From: Bugula neritina
Taxonomy: Eukaryota; Animalia; Bryozoa
Assembly (NCBI GenBank): GCA_964035545.1
Contig: OZ037768.1
Location: 6,232,741 to 6,296,740, forward strand
Direction: 5' to 3'
DNA length: 64,000 bases
Shown: in pieces, positions 1 to 14,900 of the stretch
Layout of the letters: every line of letters starts with the position of its first letter
How positions within the stretch are numbered: the stretch's first letter is position 1
Made by a program: the position numbers and the translations under genes
Notes under the pieces: model-generated
Told to the model about the DNA's origin: nothing
Database searches by the model: none
The model's input: only the letters and a program-made list of their open reading frames with translations

Positions 1-120
1 GATACAGAACACTATTGTGGAGTATTTGTGGTTGAGTCTATCTATCCCATCCTCATCAAATCTGTTGAAGTGGTGAACCACCGAGGACATAGGCTCTACA
101 GCCTCAAAAAGGATCGACAT
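1..120 (-). CDS. Innexin (invertebrate gap-junction protein), first coding exon; gene runs off the window start
   Basis: Reverse strand reads ATG(120) MSILFEAVEPMSSVVHHFNRFDEDGIDRLNHKYSTIVFCI. The D-x-D-x-x-DRLNH-x-Y-S/T motif before TM1 is the innexin N-terminal signature. It is preceded by a ttttcag acceptor at ~140, implying a 5'UTR intron (candidate donor AG|GTACGT at ~428). Confidence 0.85.
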   Translation of the reverse strand, partial: MSILFEAVEPMSSVVHHFNRFDEDGIDRLNHKYSTIVFCI

Positions 121-2173
121 TGTTGCACTCTTTTTTCACCTGAAAATAAAAGTTTTTAGCGTTAATAGGCATACAGAATTATGTCCAATAAGTAACCTAC
201 TTGCCTATAATTACTATTTTTTAAAATAACTCTCACTAAAGCTTATGAAAATAGCATACATTTTAATTAATTGAAGATAATAGTGGTAGATGGTAAGTAA
301 AACAGTTTGTGTTGAATTCTAGTAAACTATTAAGCAAATCTTCCTACAGATGAGCATGATCCAATTTGATAAACAAGAAACTGCAAAAATTCAGTAAAAG
401 TGTTGAGAATATTAGTCATCATACGTACCTGTTTTGTCTTATAATTAATTTCAATACAAGTATGGTGGTTTAAACTGTATCTCCAATGCCCTATGTTTAT
501 CAGCACATGCTTGATACATAAGACTGACTGTGAGACTTGCTAGTGGTTGCCCAGTGTTTACTCTCCTTCAGTCTAAGAGCTGACTAGTGAATTAGCTCTC
601 AAGATGCATAGGTCATTATAAATAATAGCGAAAGCAATGTCTGGATCACAGGCGCTGGTTTAATTGCACTCCTTAGCAATATTACTTTATTATTCATACT
701 GTATAGCAAAAAATAATTCATTATGTATTATATAATGAAACTGAATAGAAGGCTGCTCTATGAATGTTAGACGTATTATTCAAGAATACAATAATCAGGT
801 TTGTTTAGGATAAATTTCATAGAACAAAGCATGAAAGGGACTAAGAATTTATGTAACGCAATGCTTTTAAATCTTAAAAACATAAGCACCATTAAAACAT
901 TTGCAATGAAAATATATGGCTATTAAGGACTGTACAAAAGATCAAATTTAGTGTAGATTATCATATAGTAATAGATTATAATATTCAGTCATACTGCCAT
1001 CAATATGTCCTTATTATATCAACAAAGATATTATTTATGCTATACTACAATAATATTTCTAATTGTAGTGTGCTATGTAGATTAGTCTCCATCTAGGACT
1101 GCTAGATTTTATGAGTCAATGTGAACCAGCAGTCACTAACGAAACTCAATGCTGCATCGATTTTTAGTGAATATTTGGATGGCTGCAGTTACAAAAATTT
1201 TGATCAAATTGATTTGTTTTCACTGCTACATGACACTTTCTACTGAAATGTAACTTTGGAATTTAGTTTCTCAATGATGAAAACACACAATTTCCCTTTA
1301 TTTAGCTACAATAGTGAATAAATTTTAATAGCTTAATTTCTTGAATTTCCTTAATAAATTTTGGTTTGGGGTACAGGTTGAAATTCTCACGAGAACATAA
1401 CTTCTTTTGTTGCATTTTCAATCTATAATACAAGCATTTCTCAATTACTGCACCTACAACTTTAATACAGAATTACATTATTATTTCTCATATATAAACT
1501 ACATTCAATGCATTATTGGAGCTTCATAACTACATTTCCCTTTGTTGGTAATTTCATATCACAGGATTATCACATTTTTATGCTTGATCATTACACCTCA
1601 ATGTCATTCAATATGAGGTCTGCAGTGAAGCCACTCCATAAAGTAAATAGACATTCAGTCTTTAAGCTAATCAAGTTAACAGGATTTGTTGTAATACAGT
1701 GTTATAACAGGTGTCCAGTACTTCACATTCTCAGCGTAACACCTTACAAGTACATTCTACACCTTGCCAGTCAACATCCAGTAATAGTAATGGTATGTGT
1801 TCTTTTTGTAATGCACAACCGCCTAGAATATTATGTATAGTTTTATTGACAATAAACTACCAAGGCCAACAATCCTTAGCATCTTTCGCTGTGAATTGTA
1901 TTTACCTGCAGACACTGTAGACAACATCTATTGTTAGACAATCACTTTATTGTATTTGAATGACATAACAATATTTATGCATGTGTTATATTACTGAATA
2001 TAATTATAATTTGTTATCAATATATGAAATAATAATAATAACAGCAAATGAAATTAAAAAAACGACTAACACAGTCAGTCAGTGACCTTTTCATGAAGAA
2101 AACATAAGTATTTAATAAACAATTGGCATAGAAAAAGTTCAGGATACTTTACAGGTTTGTTTTCATAATAATG

Positions 2174-4807
2174 TTAAACTTGTTCTAATAGTGGCATCAT
2201 GAATTTTTCCATTGACCCGGAGTCCCAATTCATAAGCTCTGCCTAAAAAATAGAAAAGTATAAACAACATTTTCATTTAGAACAGGATAAATGGTATATT
2301 AGCACGTAGTATTCAAGTGTTCAGGCAATGAATAATTCTAAAATATTATAAAGCCAAACATATAAAGGAACCGCCCAGAAGTCTAGAAACTTATAAGGAA
2401 CTATAAAAGATAAAAATCAGCATGAGATAAACAGACAAGAGGACAACTCCAACAGTGTTATAGAAATATAATAGTTGAAGGTGTGTGAATGTGTTGTAGG
2501 GTATATTACAGGCATCAACTTGATAAATTACAGATTTGTCTCCTCTTTGAAGCAAGCTCAATTAATTAAAATCAGGAAAATTTATACTCCATTTACATGA
2601 TTGATATTTTGCTAAAATAGCTTAAAATCAGTGAATGGCAAGTAGTTGGATTCATATAATTATATAGTAAACTGGCTGGGGAATGGGGAGACTTAAGGCA
2701 ACATACTTGATTAGTTAGGAAGTTAGAAACAACTCCTAAAAGTGGCAGCTGTTTAGTATTAGCAAAGTGCTGACGGAGCAGCACCTAAGAAACTATGTGG
2801 AGGTGAAAAGATTGTCATCTAGTACAATTAATTCTAAATACGTAATCATATTAGTCTCTAAAATGTTGTGCTAAATACAGTCAATTAAATATCCTACTCA
2901 TTTAGATGGTGTAAACTGTAAAACTTGAAAATAGAAAAAAAACTCATTGAGCTTGTGAAAGTAGTTCTAAAATCATAACAGAGTAAAGCATACTTAAGAA
3001 GCTTCAGATCCCCCCCCCCCCCTCCAGCACTACTGTACAAAAGCTATGAACTTCCGCAAAAGAAATAAAACAGAGCTGTGCTTGCTGCTGTAAGAAAGGT
3101 CAAGAATAACCTAGTTTAAGGTATAGGTGTTGTTGAATAGCAGACACACTCTTAGGGACAAGTTGTTCAAGCCTGCTCAAGTGGGTAGTGTTACTTCAGG
3201 AAAATTGCCACTCCCAAAACTGGATGACTTTGTAACAACCCCAAGTAAGTAGATCTTAAAAGGCTCTTTTATTTTGCGGTGTTTTGCAATCGAGCTGCAA
3301 ATTCCCAGTGATATGAAGCTTATTCAGATCTCAAATTCAAATAATACTTGATAGAAATTTTCTACAATCTATTGAGTTTAAAACTAAAGTTAAGGTAAGG
3401 GTGGAATTTAACCACCCTGCTTAGTGTTATATATAACCAAACTAATAGTGATTGAAGTACTGTTCAGGGTGTGATATAATGAATATACGTGATTTAACAA
3501 TGACACCTTCAAAGCAATGTTAACCCCAGACACTATATCACAGCCAATAAGTAGAGCATATTAAAAGTTGTACTAAGTAACCCATTGGTTATATTTTAAA
3601 GAGAGCATACAACTCTAAAATATGCTGGTTTTTATATTATAACCCAGCCTTTTATTCTTACCAACCTAGGTTTCCAAGAATTTAAATGTATCTATACTGA
3701 CTACCAGCAACTTGAAGAACAATTTAATATGGCATACCTGGGGTAGATTGACACAGAGGCTGTGCATTCTATATATTACAGTAGGACCCCTGGATGTTTC
3801 AAGACTCTGACATGATAAAAACAGTAGCATGCTTTGTTCAGAGTTGGTGAGGACACAAGAACTTTGCTGACTGGTGGGTCGATGCCCAAGCAGCTGGGCA
3901 GCATATTCTGAATGACTCAATGAAAAGCTTGCCTGCAAAAGAAAATTAAAGCTGACAGATCGGTAATTAAAAAAACTAAATTTCATATGTAAGACCGATA
4001 ACTGCTTTTTTATAAATTTTACAGTAATATGCCTTCACAAACATCACACTACTTGAAATAATCGACACGGGCCGACAGGTGGACAATAACTGTATAACAA
4101 ATAATAAAATGCACACCATGCATGGTTTGAAAGAAGACTTGGTCTCATGTTTCCAGCGAGAGAATAGGTGACACCGTATAGACTGAATATCATTCCTGGG
4201 CCATATCATAAAATCAACTTGTTCTGAGCATCCAACTACATCACGCCTTTTACAGTGCCAGTTTCTAGCATGCAGTTGTACAACATCTTTAGCAAGCAGC
4301 TCCAATGAACTTTCCTTAGAAAACTCAGTCTTTTCCATCCCCTATAAAATAATCATAAGTTTACCACAGATGAAAATTTGCACAATTTTCTTCAACCCAA
4401 TTTATTTGAAGTTAAACCTCACCTTAGTCATCTTTTCTTCATAATCATTAGTCATCATTGGGTAAACTTTATCAACTTCAAAAATGACAGTTTTCTTTGA
4501 CTGTAACAATATCAAGTAACCTAAATTAAAACTATGAAATAAACAACATGAAAAAATGAAAATTAACGATAGCAATGTGACAAAAAGATTGTTTAAAAAT
4601 AGCCCAAGTTTAATTGATAATTTTTGACTAGATTGAATGAATGGGATTATACTTGAAAGACATATCTCAATAACATACCTGCACTTTAAAATCAATTACC
4701 ACAAACATTTTAAATTCAAACTGATCAGCTAAAGATTCCCGATTTCTTCGTAGTTTATTTCGTAATCGAGCAGCTGCTACATCTTTTCGAGGTGAGAAAT
4801 TAGCCAT
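2174..4807 (-). CDS. C6orf62: C6orf62 (XTP12) homolog, 5 exons
   Basis: GT-AG exons 4807-4679, 4500-4423, 4341-4117, 3932-3738, 2242-2174 splice in frame to MANFSPRKDVAAARLRNKLRRNRESLADQFEFKMFVVIDFKVQ/SKKTVIFEVDKVYPMMTNDYEEKMTK/GMEKTEFSKESSLELLAKDVVQLHAR...DFMIWPRNDIQSIRCHLFSRWK.../...CVNLPQ/AELMNWDSGSMEKFMMPLLEQV*. Motifs ESLADQF, ESSLELLxKDVVQLHA, WPRNDI and LFSRWK match human C6orf62 as recalled. Confidence 0.92.
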
Positions 4808-7800
4808 AATATCTTCCAATAGCAAACCTTGACTAGGTAAAGTTAGCTTGAGGTTTGTTTTTAAATGTGAATGTAAGTGCTACATAGTTGTATTAGCTGT
4901 TAGCGAGACATACGAATCCTGGGTTGATTGATAGAGAATGTTTCCGAATTTTATTGTGAGCAGGAAAGCAGAATACTTATATTACACCATCATGTAAATT
5001 CTGCACGAATAACAGGGTTTCTCAGCTTTGATAGAGGTGATGTGTGTAGATTTAACTAGAAGCAATGTCTTAGACTTAGCAAACTATCGATACCAAACGA
5101 CAATTACTTATAGTTATAGAGTTCACATACTTTTCCATATAGAGATAGACCTTTTTAGCTCTGGAGATGAATTTGATTATGAAGTCCAACAGTTGAGTAA
5201 GTTAATTCGAATATTTTGCAAGTGAGCTCTTTTAACTTACACTTTATTGAAACTTTACCAAGTTACGAGGTGAGACTTCGATTAAGAGCTACAGTTGCTT
5301 TTACAATTATTGTCAGTGTTAGCAACTGCTAACTATGACTCACATTCAGTGTGATTCACTGTAAGTGTATCACTAACAGTAACTCAAACTGAAACTGCGC
5401 TATTGTATTACTATTTGTAATTGTTCATCGGCGACCAACTTCAAGTTCAAGCACAAAACTAATACTAATAGTAATACCTAAGTTTAAGTTGCCAAACCAT
5501 TCGATAAGTTCCTTTGAGTCAGTGTATTTGTGATTCAGCTTTGTCTGTTGATTTCACTTCTTTCCCCGAAAGCAGGCTGGTTAATATTCATTTTGTGAGA
5601 TTGGGTGTCCATCAACTGATCAAGCGTAACTTTAAGTAAACGTTCACGTTCAAATTTAAAGCGATATTTAAATTAGCAAGTTGTGTATAATTTAATAACG
5701 CTCGATCAGACATTGTACTTTTAAAGACACGTTTATTATAATCTATTGTTAATCGGCAGTGCTCATAGCTGACATAGTACAGCTAAAAGACTAAACAGAA
5801 ACTGAAACGATAGAGTTTCAGGTTTTCCTAAAACGACACTCGATCTAGATAGTTATTTTGATGATTCAATAAATTGACGCCTTTGTTTAACGCCCTAAAA
5901 TCTATCGTTTTATACATTTACATTACTAAATTAGAACATCTGATTAAGCTAGTCTACCACAAACAAAAATTTTGTTCAAAACGGGAACAGATAACTCTAT
6001 GTTTTCCTCTCTAACACTTCATGATAATTATTCAAATATCCAAGAAGGTTATGCTATTTTGGACTGACCATGCGTCTGTTTTATAAAAAAGAGTCAACAA
6101 TGTGCAGTTGATACTTTTTTATTTTTAAAATCCAAAAACACTTTCCTGCAATCCATCAAAAAGTTGTTATTTTAGTACAATTCGTGTTTGAGTCACATTA
6201 GTGCGCATCAGTCATAGGATCAAGATGATTTTTGTTTCACCTTGATTTCCTAATGCAGTCTCATATTGTTATATTCTTTTCCAATAACATGATAACTTAA
6301 GAGATAATCATACAGCTGGTCAGTTAATATACCTATGGGCAGTGTTTAATTCCCACATGAATAGCAAATGGCCAACAAAGATCAGGCTACATTTCTATAA
6401 CTCAGTATTTTATGATCAATGCTGCTTTTCTAATATCATTTATTTCAAAACATCAGCTAAAACTTTTGCAAAAAAATTCTGTACAAACTTTTCTGATGCT
6501 TAATTCAGTATCCTTGAACTCTATCTGGTCCTGGTGATTTCTAACTGGGTGTTTTTCTTACCATCTCCTCCACATTAGCTGCAGTAATTATCATGTTATA
6601 ATTATTATAAGTAACATTTATTTTTACTATCTATATTATATTACATAGAATTTTTTCAATAACATCCTCTGAAAAAAATATAAATAAAGATCAAAACTGA
6701 GTTTAGATGTTGGTAATAATGATATAAAGAGGCTATAATCATATTAAACTAGAGACAAGAAAGGCAACACCAAGATGCAGCTGACCCAGGCTATGGCCAA
6801 GTAGGTGTGAAACAGCTTTGGAAAATTTAAAATACTTTTAATTTAAGCAGTTTTAGAAGGTTCCAGTGAATTTTATTGTATTGTATCACTTTAGTAAAGT
6901 TACTACACTTTTTCCCACAGAAATATCTACAGTGAAATAGGAAAAAATTTTATGGGAGTCCCAAATTACTACCTGCATGTAAAACTTTTATTTTGGATAC
7001 ACATTCTAAACTATGTATATTGCTTACTTATTTGTGGGTAGTTTAGGACTAAATTTTTTAATTTTATTCAAACTATTCTGTACCAACAAAAACATTGTTT
7101 ACAGCTACAGGGTAACCATTAAAATAACTAAATAAGTTTGAGTTAAATTCCCAACTTCTGACTATATGTTTTTTACTAACAATATGCCCAAAAGGATCTG
7201 TTGCTATGTGTATATCTATATATCATTATTGATTTTGAATATGCATTGTAAGAAATTATCTAATTATAAAATGTTAAAGAAATATTTCTCAGAGATTTTA
7301 TTCAATTTCCTGTGTTGAATGCACCAAGTATTTGTACCGTAATGGCTTTGCTATTTATACTCACATCTATTTCGAACTATAATATAATAGTGCACTTGAT
7401 GCCTTATTGAAGCATTCTACTAGTCATGCTGACGGCTGTCTTTGTCCCAAAAAGTAATTTCTCACATGGAAATACCAGCAATTAAATAGTTAAGAAAGTA
7501 ATCTTGAACTTTTAACAAAACTGCTACTTTAGTTCTGGTGTCCTTTCATCTCAAATTATTCTTTCTGTGAATAACTTGTTGAGAATTATTATTTGTTTTG
7601 GACTTATTAAATAACTAGTAGCTAGAAGCTATTTGGTTAACTTATTTGATCCAGTGATGTCTTCGAAATCAATCAACTAATTAACAATTTTTCCAGGAAT
7701 AATATTTGGTTGAGTTGCATCTCTAGCATCAGTTCTGTGCTGCTATATGTGCTCTAAATAATTAGTTACACAATATTAATCAGAATAGGCTGCAGGCATC

Positions 7801-8916
7801 AGTTTTTATTTAAATTAATTTTCAACTATCAGTGATGGATATGATAATCCCAGCCCTTCCATTTGACTATTTTGCAGACAGTGTTTTTCTATCAATTTAT
7901 TTCGCTTATGTATGGCAGGTGGGGTTTATCATTTCAGGCAGTCTAATGGTAGAGTCTATTAGAAATGCTGTGGCTGGATCAAAAACTAGTAAGAAATTAA
8001 TATTATATGTCAGTCATTAATAGAGCTCAAACTATGCTACAATATTATATGGAATTTGTTTGCCTTGTAAATAGTATTATGATTATATTGGTACTAGCTC
8101 TGCTATATTTACTTCACTGTCTATCTCACTACATAACAGTATCTACTGTGAAATTTGTAAAAGAAATTATATATGCATTATTATATTTACACATTAGTTA
8201 ATTAGAATTGTGACTGTGGTGAGATTGAAATTATTGATTGAAGCACTTTGATAATGAAACTTGCTTGTTCATATATCACATTATATATAATATATGTATT
8301 ACTATACAGAATTCATTTATTCACTGCAACGTATAACTGTCAGCCAGTAGCCTTGTGTTAATAGTCTTTCATTATTAAAGTCTGTCTCGCTGTCACATCA
8401 TCTCAAGAAGCGCGTCACTTTAAGAGACACAGCGTGTCAGAGAGCGCATAAGGAGAATTACTGCAGCCAAGGTTAGTGTACGGATTATTTTATTTCATAA
8501 ATGTAGAGCATATTGTTGACATTCAATTTTTTAAGAAGGTGCACTGTTACAGGAGGTATTCCGCTGCCTAATAATAATTAATTAATTGGTGAAGGGCACA
8601 CATGCTAGATTTTAGCCCCGATGGGACCCAGTAAATGTCAAATCTCAGCATAGTATTTTGCATCGCTGCCGAAGTTTCGTTCAGTTATACTTTAGACTAG
8701 GTTATAATATTTATTCTGTTCTTAAAAGTTATGCAAATTATGGTATAGCGCACGCTAGCTTTTAAAAATATAATTATGTGTATACTTCGATATAAAAGAT
8801 AAGGGTTATTATATATTCAGTTGGGTCGCTCAAACCTACCTGTACGGCACATCTATAGTTCAGTGTCAACAGTATAGTTTATAGTGACTCATATCTAGTA
8901 CTCGTAAGCTTTCACC

Positions 8917-11900
8917 ATGGAAAGTCAAGGGCTGATTTCAGAGGTACAGCTATTTTACTTTAAAAATTTATTTCAATGTTTGTTTTTATTTTAACTTATG
9001 AAAGTATTGAAATTGACTTTCTGTAATATTTTAGATGCCTTCGTTTTTAGTTTTATCAACAGGTTGGAATGTCTCCTGTAGACTCTCAAATGGATTTCAA
9101 CTCCACAGTTTAAAGAATAGACACATGTTAAATATTAATAATGGACATGTTCTATTAATTAATTCATTCAATCACTTGACTTTAATTACTGAATTGTTAC
9201 ATTCTTGGCTGGTAACCAGGTCATTTCACTACTAGTCCATTTAATCTCATGGGTAGTTAAATAGTAATGCTATTATTAAAGCCTATAGTTTATGCCAATG
9301 TATAGACTGTGGTGGTAATATTGAACTTCACTTTATATGCCAAGCTTTCATTTTTGAGAATTTTGCTATATTAAAGTATTAAATTGAATAAACGGCAGGA
9401 TTTGTTGAGAATAGCAAGGATGCTGACTCTCTCATTTTCACTGTTCTTTAGATTCAGATGTGAGAAAAAAATCTTGATAATTTTTTTTCAGTAGTATCTC
9501 CTTGGACCATTTAAATATACCATTGTATTTGCAGACGTCTAGCTATTTAGTTATTTTCTATGTTTAATTCGTTTTTATGTAGCCGTAGTTTTTCTCACCT
9601 GATTGTTTGAAATTGGTTTGATCAATAAATATTTCATTGGCATGGCTTGTGTACCTAATTACATGTCAATTTAAATCGTTTGATAGTACAATACCTAACG
9701 TCACTTACTATTGATTTCTCTAGACAAATTACACAAAATCTCTGACTCAGTTGATCAAATATTTCATTTGAAGTTGATATAATTTATAGCGATGATAAGC
9801 CTTCATCGATATGATCCCTAACCGCATAAATGTGCATAAATTGCAGGTGGATGGTAGATTGATGTTGAAGGCCTTTTGAATACTTGTATTATTATAACAG
9901 TTTATACTTATAGCTAATAAATACCATTCCAGTTGATAAAAACTACCTCAAGGGCAACTATCAGCACTTTGCTTGTAAAATTAAAGCTACTTCTTTTATT
10001 GCAGAAGCCTCAGGCCAAAATGTCTTTTATACCGACTTGGTCAGACGTAAAGCAAAAGGTTAAAGACTTTCCAGATAAAGCCAAGGAGAACATTTCTAAC
10101 TTTAGTTGCAAGAATTGTACCAGTAGATATTGCACGTCCAACACGATGATAGTCTTAGTGGTGTTTATTGCCATCTACATAGATAATATGTTAACCACAA
10201 CAGTAGGTCAGTATGCCCATACCATATTTAATACAGTTTAATGTATGATTTTACTCACCTTTTCTGTATTTACTCCTCCCAAAAGTCATAAAAATATATA
10301 AAACAAAGATTTGGGGGTTTCACATCCTATCAAGTATAAAGTATAAGTTCTAAAATAAAGTTGCAGCTCTTTTAGGTGACTGCATGTTGAATACTTACCA
10401 AGGTTATTTAGCATAAATTTAGATGCATTTCCTGCATGTTAAACAGCACATGCTGGTTTTCATACTTGTTTTTGCACCCACGATTTAAATTAAAAAATAA
10501 CTCAAAGTTAATATAGAAATCAACTTAGTACTTGTGTATTCCTTTAAAACATCTTCAACCTACATGTATACCTACAAAGTTAAATTTATACTTCAAGTGT
10601 GTGATTGGTATTTACTAGAGTCCTAATTTTAGTATAGGATATAATTATAATACTGAAACCATCATTCTAAATGAAACATTTGCATAGCAAAATATTGCCA
10701 ACATCCATCTACAAATAAATTAGTGAATAAAATTATACTTTCAAAATTATTTAAAATAGCATGCTGATGATGGAGTATGTAGTGTTGAGTTTACGCAGCA
10801 ACCCCTGTGGTGTAATTGGTTAGGGCGCCTGTTTGTAAGCTGGAGGTCTGTGGTTCGAATCCCAGTGGAGGCATTTATTTTTCAGAGTATGAACCCACCA
10901 TTAACATGGTATTTTCTTCATCGATGAATATAATAATCATGCTGTCATGCCATAAATATTGACTAAACTGCAAATAACTATTTTGACAGTTCCGGTCATA
11001 CCAAATTACCTTTTCCAAAAGGAGCATCCCGATGACTACAGACGGTTGAAAGGGGATTTAGATACTCCAGGCTCTATACAGATCTGTGGAGAGATACAGG
11101 AAAATATTACACAGAAGCCGTATCAACCAACAGATCATGAAACTGCCTTGATTGAAAATATCCGTAAGAATTAATTCAATCTAAACTAGAAAAAGTTTAG
11201 CTGTATTGTCAGTTTATGTATGTATTTGGACTTTTGCAACAAAATTTGAAAAACCGTCATTGATAATTGCACGTGTTAATGTTCCCATGCTTATTCTGGT
11301 AAGTCTGAATGCCTTAAAAGGGTATTTCTAATTGAAGTGAAATGCTTTTAGATTGACTGTGAAAAAAGATTATGAAAGATTTGCACATGTTATTCATGAT
11401 TACTATAAAAACTTCAATGAGACCTACAAGTTTCAACTTGCTAGTTGCAAGCTGAAAGCATAAAAAATGCATGGTCATACCTCTGACTTATTTATTAACC
11501 TGGCTGAGCAAATTATAAATTCTATGGCTCATTAGCCCTCTGGTGACTTGGTGCAGTCGAGTTGAAAGAATAATTAAGTATTCACCATCTTCTACTGTAT
11601 AACGGTTTTGTAGTTGTTGTACAGATTTGTATACTTATTGCATAAGCAAGAAAATGTATTTTCCTAGAAATCTCTTAGGTCTAAGTAAGATATGTGTTAA
11701 TATGCAAATATAAATTCTAGCTGTATTGGAAAAGCTGTAGATACACTGCTTAGCGTTGATGGCTATTGAAATAAGCATCCCTCGCACTCTTGGCTTTATT
11801 CTTAAGATCTGCACCCACATAGCCTTATACTAATGCATACCCTATGACCATGATATTTTTTAATTTAGCGCACAAGAATGTCCAAATGCTACTACGCAAT

Positions 11901-14900
11901 ATAACCCAACACAAAAATTGCTCCTCTAAAGAAATATCGCCAGAAGATATGAAGCAACTGGCAGATGAAAAGCTGAAGCAGCAAAGTACTAGAGTTGGCC
12001 TGTTGTTTGCTTCAAAGTCAACTGTTCAGCTTTTGGTGAATCCATTTGTTGGCTATCTAACTAATCGGTAGGTAATAGCATTAGCATAGCTTTTTATTCT
12101 GACGTGATACAAGTTATTTTCATTTTTTCAGCAAGTATATATTTAATAATATACAATTTTATAATGCAAGAATTTAATCACAAGTAGCCTAGGCCAAAAC
12201 ATATGCATGTAGGCTATTATTCACCACAATGAGTAATATAATAATACAACCTACTGTATGTTGTGAAATCATAAATTGCTATATTAGAACAGGCATGATA
12301 TTCTATTATAGTTTATCTGTTTAAAGCTGATTTAATCTTTGAAGGTTTGCAGATATTATAGCTATTTGCAAATAAAACTTTGAGTTCAACATTTCCAAAC
12401 CCCTTAAGGCTTTAACAGCTGTTTTTACTGGTTTTTGCTCTGGTTATGACCGAAAGAGTTTCTCACTGATAACAGTGCTAGGTGTGTTTCAACACCTGTT
12501 GCTATAATTATACATAGCCTGTGATACACAGCAGACAAGTGTAGACTAATTTTTTATCCCGTACCTACTGTGAGTGGCTGTGTGGACATCTACGCAGCTA
12601 CTAAGGAAGAGTCTTACAGGATTTGTTAAGAAGTAATCCTGTCTCTAGACCTACCAGTGAAAGCTAAAAAAATTAATATAGTGAAAATGTGACAAAATTT
12701 ATGCAAAGGTGCAAAACATCTGCTTGCGACCTGTTCCTATAATATATATGTATTTCAATCATTTTGTATAGAATAGCTTTGCAATGTATAGCTAATGAAG
12801 TGGCCCATTAAGCTTTACAATATGCTAAAGATAGAGCTCCATTTTAATACTCCGGGCTGTTGTTTTTAGTGGATTTACTAGCAAAAAACAACATGCGTAA
12901 TGTTTATTAAGGAGATAAGGTTGTAGCAAGTAATGCGTTGTAGGTTCTAGTTATTCTCATATCAATATCAAAAATGAACGCAATTTATAGATCCTTTTAT
13001 TTCATACTTTACTAGTTCCTTCCTTTTTGGCTATCATTAGACATTTAGATGTTTGAGCAAAGTGTTTACCATTACAGCTTATTGTATATTATTATTGGAA
13101 ATATTGATTCAATCATTCAGAACTGAACAAAACACTTCTGCGTTCAACTTTTTATAGAATTTTATTTAAATAACCTTGCCTTTCAATAAAATAGAATATC
13201 TGCCCATCCACCCCCACTGTTGATTATGTTTACAAACAGCACGATTTGCTTTGGTCATGTTTACCAAGCTTAAAAGTTGATGGCCGTGAGATGTTAAAAG
13301 GCTTACCATTATTTAATTAAAGTAGACTTATTATCTGGACTTGTAATTGATTTAATCTCAAGATGTTAATTACAGTTGAAGAGTCGTCACTTGCTCAAGT
13401 AGCGTAACTTTGTGAAATCACGCTCAGATAAGAATTAATATGTAATGTTGCAGTCACCAACAGGCAGGCAGCCGCTGTGTATTCCTAATTACATACCATA
13501 TTATGTCATGAAATCTAATTAATGCATAATCTAGATGTTAAATCTAGTAGCTAAAATGCAGCTCTGCAACTTGACTGCATGTATGGTTTGTGTCAATGTA
13601 CAGCATTATACCGATTATTTGACAGATATTGCAAAACCGCTCGCCACACTTCAGTATCCCATTGTTTTTCTGCTAAAATGTTTAAATTGATTTTATTTAC
13701 TACACATCAAAAATTTCCAAAAGTAGAATTTTGTGGCCCATTTACAAGATTAAAATAGAATAAATTTCTGCATGCTGACCTTCAAAGAGCTCATTGCTGA
13801 CTCTGTTAAAGCTGGTCAGTATACTAATACTTGAATCATGGTCGTTTAGTACTCTATAGTTTGTTTCTAAGTAATTCCTAGATCAAATCCTTGTATACTC
13901 TCAACACTTGGCCAAGACTTATAATAATAACTATACTTTTCAAGTATATGCGATGTTATACTTTTATATATAACTTATTAGCAAGTTTAGCTTTTTCAAT
14001 TCTTTCAGCCGGATCTTACTGCTGAAATATGTATAAGAAAACATCAATATGAGACTGAGCAATATTGCAGTGTATACTCAAGCTTTATATGTAGATAGAT
14101 ATCAGCTTTACTAGTTGCAAGATATTAACATTGTGGCATCTCTTACAAGCTATAACGTTGAAAAGATGACAGGTATAAGGTGCATCAAAACCACGAGTTT
14201 AAGTATTGCAGCTAAAACTTTTTTAGTACAATTCAACTTTAACGATAACCATTTTAGGTGGGAATATAGTTGTAATACGTTGAAAATAATTATTGAAATA
14301 AAATATTCTAGATTGCAAAAAAGTTTGTGAAGAGTTTGCCCAGGCTTGATTTTCTGAAATTTTACAAGTCAGTTTGGCTTTTAGAAACATATGAGTTAAA
14401 AGCATTGCTGCACTTTTATTGTTCCTGGATGTAGTGATGTTGGTGCATCCCAGTTTTGCCCTAAATTAGTCATAACTAACAGTCCAAATATTGCCGGTGT
14501 ATAGGTTATATGTGGCAGATTATAAGAAGTTTGAGCTTTGCTCAGTTTTACTATAATGTATTACTTCGATGCCCATTCATACCCTGCATATAATATACAA
14601 CAATTATACATGCAGTCTGTTACTATTATCTTATTAATAAGCAATACTCTACAGCCATTATAATTCATAGACATTTTATGTGATTAATGCATAGGGTACA
14701 GTTTGTCAAATGTCAATAGACAACAGCTATCTCCTACCTACACTAAATGCTATGGAGTATGAACTAGTACCTGCTATAACCTGCCAGTAGTGACATCAGT
14801 TACTTTGTACTATCTTAATATTACTCAACATTAAGATATCTCAATAATTGATTATAGAGTATTTTTGACAAGAGAACACTATTCTAAATAATATCTTAAA

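Noticed and set aside
1508-1920. 110-aa and 69-aa plus-strand ORFs
   Set aside because: No recognisable motif; they lie antisense to the C6orf62 3' region in AT-rich DNA.
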